Positions 39,101 through 49,356 of a DNA stretch of 50,903 nucleotides are shown here, piece by piece (positions within the stretch are counted from its first letter, which is position 1; each line of letters begins with the position of its first letter). Below the pieces are notes generated by a model. That model saw nothing but the letters and a program-made list of their open reading frames with translations. It was not told the origin of the DNA and made no database searches. This stretch comes from Ancylonema sp. (Eukaryota), in assembly GCA_050230475.1 (NCBI GenBank), contig JBFLGF010000016.1, forward strand, positions 124,001 to 174,903, in the 5' to 3' direction. A program made the translations under genes and the position numbers.

Positions 39101-39823
39101 CTTGTGGGAGTATGTGCCCGTGGCTCATTGGCACAAATACACGCGAAGTCGTGGGCTCATGTGCCTTATGTAATATTTGGGCTCATAGGCTCGTGGGCTA
39201 TCGGGCATGGCACTCCATTTCACATTATTGCATTGTGCGTAGTATCGTCATTATATATTTTGACGCATCGTAGGCTCTCCGGTGTAATTCCAGATGTTAG
39301 GTCCTGGACGTGTCAATTGGTATTTAATATGCGGCCTTGCAGTATGCTATTCTAAGCTACCAACTCACGCACTCTGGGCCGATGACCCAGGCTTTGGACC
39401 GGGCTGAGAGTTGCGCCTGTAGACTCTCTAATCTCTTCGCTCGAGCAACCTAGAGCCCATAGGCTGCAAGCACGCTCGGTTGCGAGCTAGGGGGTGGAAG
39501 GGAACCGTTCGAAGAACACAAAACCAAAGAACTATAAAAGGAAGACGAGTACAACACTAGAGTATCTCCACTTGACGATATTCTGTAGTGCATTGAAACG
39601 AGATACTTGCAACACTTGCGAGGCCGCCATGTCACTCAACATGCCCTTGACGACTGAGAAGTTATTTGATTGGACACGGGTGGCAATGTTGCAGCCGGTT
39701 GCCCACTTCGGTCTTGGAGTGGTCGGGGGTCGCTTATCAATGCGAGTACAATGGCCGGACGGGGCGGTGACACAAGTGGAGGGTATAGAAGCGGACGAGT
39801 TGCACGTTGTGCCACACCCGTGA
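32054..39823 (+). CDS. CRTAC1-like FG-GAP repeat / ASPIC-UnbV domain protein, 612 aa, with a ~130-aa Ser/Arg/Pro-rich N-terminal extension. Exons: 32054-32500, 33240-33332, 33646-33756, 34187-34263, 34549-34644, 34843-34882, 35307-35447, 35748-35821, 36101-36191, 36533-36760, 37125-37240, 37447-37540, 37800-37879, 38103-38124, 39695-39823
   Basis: The spliced product reads NNPSNLHYGVCACDVDGDGHVEFFVCG, IGVAAADFDGDGREEVYVLNT, RSVCAVDRKGTGVYGFFVANYG, RTVIAADFDNDGHEELFFQNI, GTGGAVADIDGDGRLELLLSHGES, GAPARGA, RVIDAGSGYLCCMEPVAHFGLG and VQWPDG. These are CRTAC1-family signatures. All 14 introns are GT-AG with consistent phases. Confidence 0.88.
32567..32820. repeat. 100-bp direct duplication (32567-32666 and 32721-32820) in intron 1 of the CRTAC1-like gene
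   Basis: TCAAAAAGAAGAAG...GCACACTCTTG occurs twice, identical by eye, with a 154-bp offset. Confidence 0.9.
33039..33149. repeat. (CCCAGT)n / (CCCCAGT)n microsatellite
   Basis: Direct tandem copies. Confidence 0.85.
34667..34740. repeat. (ATCAATAC)n tandem repeat in an intron
   Basis: About nine copies. Confidence 0.9.
38641..38878. mobile_element. hAT-type MITE in the last intron of the CRTAC1-like gene
   Basis: Termini CATAGGT... / ...ACCTATATATATG (TA-expanded). Near-perfect 8-bp TSD TGATGCAC / TAATGCAC. Many subterminal GGACAC / GTGTCC motifs. Confidence 0.7.
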
Positions 39824-42367
39824 TCTCTTAGGTAGGAAGGTTGACTTTCTATTACTAGGACAAGACTAGGGTTCGGGTGTGTGTTAGCGCTGATTATTTC
39901 ATTTTTGTACTTGTGTGGACATCGTCATGAATCAAGGTGCTTTCTTTAAAATGGGAAGTGTAATAAACTGTTTGTAAGCTTATAGAGATCGGGATTCTTG
40001 AAGATATGCTACTAGACAACATATTTCGCGAGCTCGGCTTTTGCGATATATGAGAACAAACATCGTTACTCTTAGACTGCGGTCTTTCGTTTGTTTCCTT
40101 TATAATTCTAGGGAGTGTGTTGGACATGCACGTTAAACGCAACGATTTCTCCATATCACAGTGTTGACCAATGGCTGGTCATGAACATTCGTGCGACTCC
40201 AAATCACCATAATGTAGTCGACATTCGCCTTGATCCATCACTACGAATGTCAACCACCTCTATAGCCGCTGTTAGTCTTTTTCAATTACAACAAACGATG
40301 CCAACCTGCCTAAGCGATCCCAGAAGGCTTCGTACAATCATAACATACAATCATTACATATGTGTTCATATAAGACAATTTAATTGTCAGCTTGAGTAAA
40401 GACGAGCCATCATATGAAATACTCGTGTGTACCTTCTTTGTTATTGTAACAAGGCAATTTAGACGTGAGGACCAAGAAATCCCGGCCCGATAGCCTTAGC
40501 TAGCCAAATCCTCACACTTGGGTCGGCAAATAATGAACTACACGTGTTCCGAGGTACAATTTACAATGACTGTAGGGGGTTGAATATGAGATTACGATAA
40601 TTATAAAACCCTAGTATGTACACGTACCATGTATTCACGTATTGCATACACACATGGTTTAGCACAAGCAGTCGGTAGTGCATATCAAAGTTGTACAAAA
40701 TAAATCTCTTGTAGTACGTTGGTGCCGCGATAAGCAGTAGTAGGCGTTTTTTAAAAATTTTAAACTTTGCAAAACACTCCTATTTTGAAAAAGCATGAAC
40801 GTTTCTCGACCCGAGCCTTATCCACTACCAAAGTATCCCTGAATCGGATTCATTCCCTAGTTTGGCCATCAAATAGAGACAATCCTCCATGAGAAAGATG
40901 GAGGAAAGTCCTCGAATTATTTAAACTATTCTGGTGGAAAAAAAGGTTTTATTTTTCTTAGTTTAATTTTAAATGGCAAAGCTGAGTAGCCAAAGAGTTT
41001 GGGTAATAACATTGGACGAATTGTGTTATGTCGTTATTGCAAGTTGCATGACAATAATGGAGAAACGGAATATTACATCGCATGAAAGTGTGAACATTAC
41101 GACATGTAAGCATCTTGGAAATGGAGTGTGTTCGGTTCTAAGGACGTAAGCTTAAAAAAAAAGAGATGAACACGTTGTCCGGATGGAAGAGACGAGTGTA
41201 AAAATCTCAATCTATTTGTTGTATTTAAATTATTAAGTTGCACTTCATAGTTGTCGACAAAACAGTGAAATTGACCATCATACAAGAAGGTTTATCCATG
41301 TACACGATTCTTATGAGAATAAACAACTCATTTTCCTTTTGAGATTTTCGTTGGATTTCTCATGTCACGCTACGCAATACAAAGATATGTGCGCATTTTT
41401 TTTGTGAGTTACAAAACCCCTTGAAACGGCCTTAGAGTGCCAAGAACTTATTTTGAGGTCGCAGAGTTCGAGGAGCCGAAAACCCACGGGTTTAGGGCTC
41501 CCTCCTACACTTTACAGGGTGGCGCAAGTAAATTTGGATCATATGAAATAAAGAGGAGAACCCCAGGCGCATCTATTTTTTGGATCATTTTTATTGATTA
41601 AATTTTGCGTGGCGCACACATCTGGCGCGTACTAGTTAATAAAAATTTGGCTGTTTGGAGCGTACTTTTAATAATTATTTTTCGGATTTGCTGACGCATT
41701 ATCTCTGGCCGCTACGGTTTTACCTTATTATGTACACACATATCAAGACAACACACACACACACGTGTCACAATGATACTACAGGCGTCTACACTTGTAT
41801 CCAACACTACGAGTATCCCTATGAGAATCATTGGGTGAATGACAAAGAAACGTGATTGAATCAAACACACACACGTGACACAAGTGAAATCGAAATCTTC
41901 AATGATGACAATTAACATTCGGACCAACATGGGTATATAGAGACCACAAGTCACAGGAAAAGGTCGTGTGAGGAACAAGCGGCTCCAAATGATTTCGTAC
42001 ATAATGTCACAAATAGTAAAGGCTACCGGAAACGAAGCGCACTCGCGGAATCGGCTCCCATCACACCGCAAAGATTGATCCAAGAAACGACTACTCGCGA
42101 CCGTAACCAAAAACCATAACACTAACCAATAACTACCGTATTTGCAACAAAACAAACGTAATAACCGTAGCACAAATCAATAACAAATAATCAATAACAT
42201 TTAATCAATAACCAATAACTAGTAACCAATAACCAATAACCAATAACCAACAACCAAATGCCAACATTAAGATAAAGAAACATACACTTAATGTCCAACA
42301 TAAAATACAACACCACTTTATCAACCACCCCTAAAATATGTTTATCAACATGAACCCGACCGTCAAC

Positions 42368-43103
42368 TCAAAGGTTGAACATCACTTTCACGGCATCCTC
42401 TCCCTTCGTGGTCGTCTCAAACGCGGCCTCGATCTCACTCTGCGTGAACCCGAAGCGGTGCGTGATCAACGGCTTCACGTCAATATTCTTGCTCGCCAGC
42501 AGCTCCAGACAGAACGGGTACGTGTTCACGTAAAGGAATGAGCCCACGACCTCAATCTCCCTCTCGGCGGCGGCCGTGGGGGGAACCTTCATCTCACTGT
42601 GGCCCGCTCCGATCAACACCACTTTCCCGCCGCTCGTCGTGACATGCATCGCGGTGCGCGACGATTTTGTGACGCCCACGCAGTCGAAGGTGACGTCCAC
42701 TCGGCCGTCGAGGGCCGCTTTTAGGGCATCGATGTCCGCGGATTCGTCCTGGAGGAAAAAGGAAAAGGAAAATCCGAGTCGATATCGATTCTTCGAACTA
42801 GAGGTAAGTGATTATACGAAAGTTCCAGAGATCGCAGTGACACGTACATGAAAGCAGACCGCCTACTTCGGAAAGTGGAATTCAGAAAAATACAGAGGAC
42901 TTTTCTAGATATGGATGATCGAGATAGTTCCCGTCCGTCGTGCTCACAGGTACGGACGGGAAGGCAAAATAGAATCGGGCAGAGTGCTCACCGAGTTTCT
43001 TTGGTAGGAAATAAGGCAGAATTCGGAGATCGTTTTTGCCATTCAGCCAAGCACCCAGGTTGGAGGCAGGGCCCTTCGGGCTGCCTCCGTCGGCTGGCGC
43101 CAT
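42368..43103 (-). pseudogene. SDH: Sorbitol (L-idonate/polyol) dehydrogenase pseudogene retaining only the first exon (42992-43103) and last exon (42368-42748)
   Basis: Exon 1 reads MAPADGG...NLGAWLNGKNDLRILPYFLPKKLG. The last exon reads DVTFDCVG...SGGKVVLIG..HSEMKVP..AAAEREIEVVGSF.Y.NTYP...IDVKPLITHRFGFTQSEIEAAFET...AVKVMFNL*. Zn- and NAD-binding exons are absent, and a phase-1 donor meets a phase-0 acceptor. Confidence 0.85.
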
Positions 43104-44096
43104 CTGGCAGGCGCAAAGCAGACAGGCGCAAATCAGACAGGTTCACAGGCTATGGAGGCGACTGCACTAGAGACGTTGAGAGCTGAGCTCCGCTGATCTG
43201 CTGCCATACATGTTAACACGTGTATGGCAGCTGTAGCAGATAGGTAATGTCAGGTTTTGGAGGGGGAAACTACAGGAAAACAGGGAATCTGAAAAAAAGG
43301 CGAGATGAGAGATAAACATATGGAGAGTATATCTCACAACTTTGCATCCCATTGAAATACAGTTTGCGTTCTTGACGGCCCACAATCCTCGAAACAATGT
43401 TTCAGGTTCAAATTTTGTGTCTGGGGTGTTTTTGTTCATATTGACAATTTTCTGACCAGTTCCTTGGCCACTTCGTCAGACTCATACGTGTTGGTCGCAT
43501 TCTTACAAGGAAACGTAGCCCAGTGGATAGCAGGATACCGCCGCAAAGTTGTTCGTCCGAAAAGTGACGCTCACAGTCGAAACCCAAACCTGGGAAAGTG
43601 GAATGCTCATTTCGCGCCTAAATGAACAAAGAAAAACGGTCCCGACCTGCAATACAAAATTCGGTATACGGGGTGCGGCCACAGGTGCGACACAGCTTTC
43701 CACAGCTTCGCACGCCAGAACCAGCGTCGCAAGGCTGTCTCGATATTCGGAGAACCAGGATTTCGCTCCTGCCACCTGCTACGAAAATTCGCGAATCTGA
43801 CCATAATCGGGAACCTGTGAACTTCCGGTGAACATGGACCACTGGATGGGCCCCACACATCCGTGGACGTTGGTATTTGGCGCGGCAGTGCGTCAGTAGA
43901 ATCTTTTCAAAGCACGTGACAAGCGGTTCAGGACATGTTTTTGGTGATTGAAGTTACTTTTCGCACGAATCAAATTGTCCAGTAGCTCGAAGAAAGTACC
44001 ACGTGGATCCCAAAATCTTCGGGTCGACTGACAAGGTCAATTTTTGTCTGCAGTTCAGATGCCAGTTGAGAGGTGTCAGCAAAAACTGACAGCTAA

Positions 44097-47000
44097 GAGC
44101 ATATCTTATGGCAGACTAACTAGGCCCGACTAGGTCGATTTTCGACTTGCGCCAAAGTCAGTCAACGCCTTAGTTAGTATTGTCGTTCTTATGGCAGATT
44201 CTAAGCACGGTCAAAGCTCGAAAAGTTAAGTTGCGCCTGGAATTCCGACTAACTGCTGACTAAAGTTAGTCTGCACGTAGCAGGCGACTAACTCCTATAA
44301 CGTGGCTGGACGGAAGATTCGACGAATCACAGAGCCCGTCACCGTCCAGTCACCCAATCTTCGACCTGAACCTTGCCGCTGGCCTGCTGGTGGTATCCCC
44401 CCCGCTGAAATCGTTCTGACATCACACGCTCAGTCGCTAACACGATTTGCCCGCCGTGAATGCCTTCTTCGCCGTTTATTCTGAAAAATATATAGATCGA
44501 TAGCCCTAGTAAGCAACTATCCTTTGCTAAAAAAATCCGGGGAAAAAGTGCGGTTCTCCGTAGTCTTTCACTAGTCGCGCGATTTTTGGAGTCCTGCTAC
44601 TATTTTTAATACTGTGAATTATTACTCAACGATAGGCCGACGGTCAATTGTACCGACCGTCGGCACACAACGACATGTAAAACGCAACGGGTATTACCAT
44701 CCCCGATGCGATCACTATAATAAATTCGTTCCACACACGCATCTCCTGACTCGTTGATCATCAGTGATAGAGATCCTTTTGCGTACGGTTCGTTTTGTCG
44801 CCCACCAAATCTCCTGCACCTAATCACTCAAAAGCTTAAAGGTTATGGGCCCACGTGCGGTCTAGTTCAGACGCCGTGTTGGTTAAAAACTACAAGCTCC
44901 ACGCGATTCGCTGCAGTAATCTCTGAAAACGATAAATTCTGCCAGTGAGCGCAAATTTATCCGTAGTTGTTAAGTGCTGCACGTAATTTCGACATTGCGC
45001 TGCAAGAATTCGAGCTGAGTGTTGCATTGCAATTGCACTGAGAGCTCGAGCAGAGTGAGAAACTCGAAGAAATCCTAAACAATTACTGCCACAATGTAGG
45101 ATAGATCGAAAATCCCACAGTTTACTAGAGCAGATTACACAGGATGGGCCTTTAAGGTCAAGTATGGGTTAGCAAGGCTGCATCGTGTAATGATGGATTG
45201 GGACAACCTGCTGCGGAGGTGTCGTCCAGATGTCATATTTCCATTGTCACCAAACAATGAGCTGCAACTTGCCGCTAGAGGGATCGACGTGGATGTCGAG
45301 AGAATGGTTAGGGAGCAACAAATTTCCGAGCAGCTGCTGCAGCTCGAGAAATGGGACGAGGACAATCTGGCTGCCATGTCCTACATTGTTAAACACTTGG
45401 GTCCTTCGGAGCTGACGCACGTCACGGACTGCACGACAGCTGCCGAAATGTGGGAAGCCCTGAAGACATTCTACATGGTGCAGGGAGCGATCGAGATCGC
45501 CAACACCGAGGCGTTGCTGAGCGCAATCATACAGACGGAGGCAGAGGACCTCAACGTATATGTGAAGCGGCTACAGCAGCTACACGAGGATTTGAAGAAT
45601 CTGGGTGCGCCAGTAACACCTATGAAGCAGGCGATCAACCTGCTAAACTCCCTCAACACTCATTACAGCCCAATGGTCTCGACGCTGATGCCGTGGTCGG
45701 AGTCGTCACCACACCTGTTTACGATTCCCCACATCGTGAGTGCGCTGCTGCGCGACGACGTCAGAAAGGAGCTGAATCAGCGAAAGAGGGGGGCGCTGCC
45801 AGGAGGTCACCAAGCTCATTATGGTGGACCTGGAGGGGGTAGCGGAGCTGGAGGCAGCAGCAGACCTAGTGGTGGGGGTGGAGCTGGTCGCAGAGACGCT
45901 AGAGGCGTCGAGTGCTTCGACTGCCATCAATTCGGCCACATCACGGCGAACTGTCCTTCACCAGCCATTGGCGGAGGCCATGCCGGTGCCTGGAAATGCC
46001 ACAGGTGCCACCAAGCAGGCCACAGAGCTGCTCAGTGCCCTGCGCCATCGCCAGCAGCTGCACATGTTGTGCACGCGACTCAAGGGAAGTTCAGGGGGGA
46101 AACTGAAGTGCAGATATTGCAACAACCTAGGGCATACATTGGAAAAATGTAGAAAACGCGCATCTAACATGGCTTTGATGAACCCAGACGCTACTCGACG
46201 GCCATAAGTTTTTTTAAAATATAACATGCGAGATACAAGTCAGAATTCGGCCGCTTTGGGGTCATTTTGACCCCGAAAGTACAGGCGCACGTTAAGGCTG
46301 ACTAACTAACGCCGGTTGAACGTCCAGTCAGCTACTGATCGATTGACTGCCGGGTCAGCGAAACTCAGTACCCCGTCTGGTAGCCTCTGGTAGCCTATCG
46401 TCGGCCTGTTTCAGCTCCCTCCGTGAGCCAGCGTTCCTTCGACCGCTAGCAGCCAGCCGCGAATCATCCGTTCTGCCTCAAATCTTCTTTGATTGTAAAG
46501 CGGAGATGTTCAAATTGTTCGTATTTTCATGTGATTTCCGAAAAATTATACGAGGTAAAATTCTGAACGTGAAATATTATACAGTATTGATAATAGAAAC
46601 ATGATCCCAAAATTCGCGTGATTGGTAAAGGAGAAAGAATGAAAGGTCGGTTTTTTTTTTTTTTTTTTTTTTTCCCCATAAATTGGTGGCACTCTTTAGC
46701 TTTCGATCTGATAAAAAATCAAAATAAATGGCTCAGTGTGCACTCGATGCGGTCAAATCGTGCCAGCGACTGAGCGGGTGGGGTCTCAGTGCTAACGGGT
46801 TTCGTAGCCAGCGGGTTTTTCTAGTGGGTTTTCTGGCCACCGGGCCAACGAGGTCCCGAGGTCCAAGGTTGGGTGACTGGGCGTCATTGTAATTTCTGAT
46901 TCGTTCCGGGTCCTTTTGTGCCACGTCGGAAAACTTGCCACGTCACTAGAACTTTCTAACCGGGTTCTAAAGTTAGAAGGGAGTTCAGGCGCTTCTAACT

Positions 47001-47154
47001 TTTGCAGCTTAGAACGAAGTTAGAACTTGCCATAGGAGCGGGTTTCCTAACTAAATCGTCGTCCGACGATGGCACAAGTCTTAGAAGGGCTTAGTTATCA
47101 CTGCATAGCGTACGCCCTTAGAACGGCTGAGTTAGTCTGCCATAATATATGCTC
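44097..47154. mobile_element. Non-autonomous PIF/Harbinger element (3058 bp) with nested cargo
   Basis: 25-bp TIRs GAGCATATCTTATGGCAGACTAACT (24/25 match), a 3-bp TSD TAA on both sides, and subterminal GACTAACT / TTCTAAC repeats. Confidence 0.88.
44610..46200 (+). mobile_element. 5' fragment of a Ty1/Copia element (probable LTR remnant, half-tRNA-iMet PBS, gag); left boundary approximate
   Basis: GGTTATGGGCCC at 44841-44852. Gag starts at ATG 45094 (stop at codon 2) and reads KIPQFT.ADYTGWAFKVK...CTTAAEMWEALK...LLNSL. Knuckles are CFDCHQFGHITANC, CHRCHQAGHRAAQC and a frameshifted CRYCNNLGHTLEKC. Confidence 0.8.
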
Positions 47155-48030
47155 TAAGTCACGCTGCCCGTGCGAGCTGCGGCGGGGTTTTGACCTGCAC
47201 GAAATTTGCTCCGACTTTGGCGCTCGTTTGGCGCTCGTTCGATTCTCATTTATTCAAAATTTAATTTTTGTAGCACTCCATTTCTTCAGTTCTTCATAAT
47301 TTCATTTCATCAATTCTTCAGTTCTTCACTTCTTCACTTCTTCGCACCTTAGATGCATCGGGTTTCATAAGTGAAACATTCTCGAAGACGAAAACCCGCG
47401 ACTGTGCGACTTCTCCTCGCAAGCTGTGTGGAGCTCTTTCGTAAGCAGGCAACTAGGAACTATGAAATTCAGCAAAAAAAACTTGGCCACGATCAAGACC
47501 ACCGATTTTCTATGTTGTTGTGGCCTCTGGACCGTTTGAGAACGCGGCTGTCTCACTTGGGTTCGTACTTCGAAGATTAACTTGAGTGTCGAGATGTTGT
47601 GTGACTCTTTGTTCACGAGACTTTGATTTCATATGAAACTTTGATATTTCTCACGCTTATTCCTGGTGATGTTACTATTCTCCCCTCAGTATCCATGTTT
47701 ATATCACAATGTCTCCGTGTAATTTAAAATCATTCATCCAAACAATCATGGAATACAGCCTCCATACGTCTTTCCAGGAGAAGAGGAGGGTTTCATCCAG
47801 CGACTCATCTCTGATAGTATACATCAAACCGCCTACTTTGTAATCAATGTTTGTGTATGCCATCTCGATAAATGATGAGACGTGACCTGTCTATTGCAGC
47901 GGCCATGCGGCGTCAAATTGTATGCATGATAGCTCAAGTGGCACTACTTGGGGCAAGGCTACTCCTGTCTGGTTTGTGCCTGTCTGAATTTAACTTTTTA
48001 ATTTGCGCCTGTTTTATTTGCGCCTTCCAC

Positions 48031-48088
48031 ATGGCGCCAGTTATCTATGGAGGCAGCTCGGACGGCCCTGCTCCAAATTTTGGTGCGT
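48031..48088 (+). pseudogene. SDH: Start of a second sorbitol dehydrogenase paralogue, interrupted by LTR DNA
   Basis: MAPVIYGGSSDGPAPNFGA aligns with MAPADGGSPKGPASNLGA. The upstream sequence (CCTGTCTG.TTTG.GCCTGTCTG...TTTGCGCCT.CCA.ATGGCGCCAG) matches the reverse complement of 43060-43145. Confidence 0.75.
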
Positions 48089-49356
48089 TGACGTACCTAT
48101 AGAGATCGATGACGTCACGTCACTTCAGGTGCGGCTAGTAAGGCAAACTCAAACATGCTAAGGACACATTCGGACACGTGCGGATAGAGATCCGAACACG
48201 TTCCGAACAACATAGCAAGCAAGCGCTAACTACTTGCATCACAACACACATAGCATCACACCACACCACAACTCACATGCCTAGCGAGAGTACAAACATG
48301 CAGTTTGGTTTTACTATACTATCCAAGGCAATGGAGACCTTGGTCGCCCACATGCGACGTGAGCTGGCGATCTGTTCGGCTAATGGGTTTCTGCCAACCT
48401 CTAAGCACTACTCAACGCAGCGGTATCAATACACAGAGTAATGCAAGACACGTGCGAGGCGATGATAGAAGTTCCGGGAAGTTATCAAAAAAGTTAGGGT
48501 ACAACGCTACTCCTCGCCCTATTCTAGTGCACTGGGTGAGGCACCCCCGCACGTGCGAAATCAGTGGCAACTCTAGGAGCGTAACGTTTACGATGAAATC
48601 TACCCTAAGCCAATCAGAGGCCACGGCCAGCAATCGTGAGACTTGCAGGCCCGTGGTACACGGTGAACATGTAACATAACACATAAAGTAAAGCCCGGCT
48701 AAGGCGGAGAGCCACTAACCAATCGGCTATAACGGGGGCGTATCCGCTATAAGCAACCGATTCCTACCGCTACGACAACTGACGTACCTATAAAGATCGA
48801 TGACGTCACTACACGTGCGGCTAGTAAGGCAACCTCAAACATGCTAAGGACACATGCGGACACGTGCGGGTAGAGATCCGAACACGTTCCGAACAACATA
48901 GCAAGCAAGCGCTAACTACTTGCATCACAACACACATAGCACACACCACACCACAACTCATATGCCTAGCGAGACTACAAACATGCAGTTTGGTTTTACT
49001 CCCCCCCCCAAGCACTCGGCTGAGAACCGAAGCCAGAGGTTGGCAACTTGAAAGGCAATACAGAAAGCAAGCCCCCCCAAGTCCAACACACCTCCCTAAC
49101 AAACAGAAGCCTAGTGATATGGGCGTACCCAAGATCCTAAGGGAAATATCAGGCAAAGGCGGGGTCAAACACCAAATATGAAAGCCATCTTGGCACTGAT
49201 CACACAACACAATAGACTCTTCCTTCTCACGACTACCACACTGGCGGCAGTGAACCGGATCCCCGCTGAAGTAGCGCTCCGGGTAGATCTTTCTGTCAAG
49301 GATGGGGAGGGAACAAGGAGCCACATTCTTGATCTGCTCCTCTGATGCGCGCTGCA
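48089..49356 (-). mobile_element. 3' end of a second PHD-finger Ty3/Gypsy element with a compound terminal repeat: A 48780-49000, B 48316-48777, A' 48089-48315
   Basis: EQIKNVAPCSLPILD...CRQCGSREKEESIVLCDQCQDGFHIWCLTPPLPDI parallels EQMENISPCSLSIKD...CKQCGSRNDEKHLILCDDC at 12225-12420. G9AG PPT at 48999-49009. A and A' are nearly identical over ~220 bp. Confidence 0.85.

Noticed and set aside
38990..39490. GGGCTC/GAGCCC-rich segment, a possible MITE
   Set aside because: Termini match only weakly and no TSD could be identified.
41510..41640. TA|CAGGGTG mariner-like start and a GC hairpin followed by CTAGT (Helitron-like end)
   Set aside because: No partner terminus, and the hairpin is too weak to support either call.
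42100..42260. (TAACCAA)n as a telomere-like repeat
   Set aside because: Short, degenerate and not TTTAGGG-type; an ordinary microsatellite downstream of the SDH pseudogene.
48757..48778. CGATTCCTACCGCTACGACAA resembling a tRNA 3' end or tRNA-Ser-type PBS
   Set aside because: It lacks CCA/TGG and a cloverleaf, and the equivalent site in the other element matches poorly. It is better explained as a TG-starting LTR terminus.
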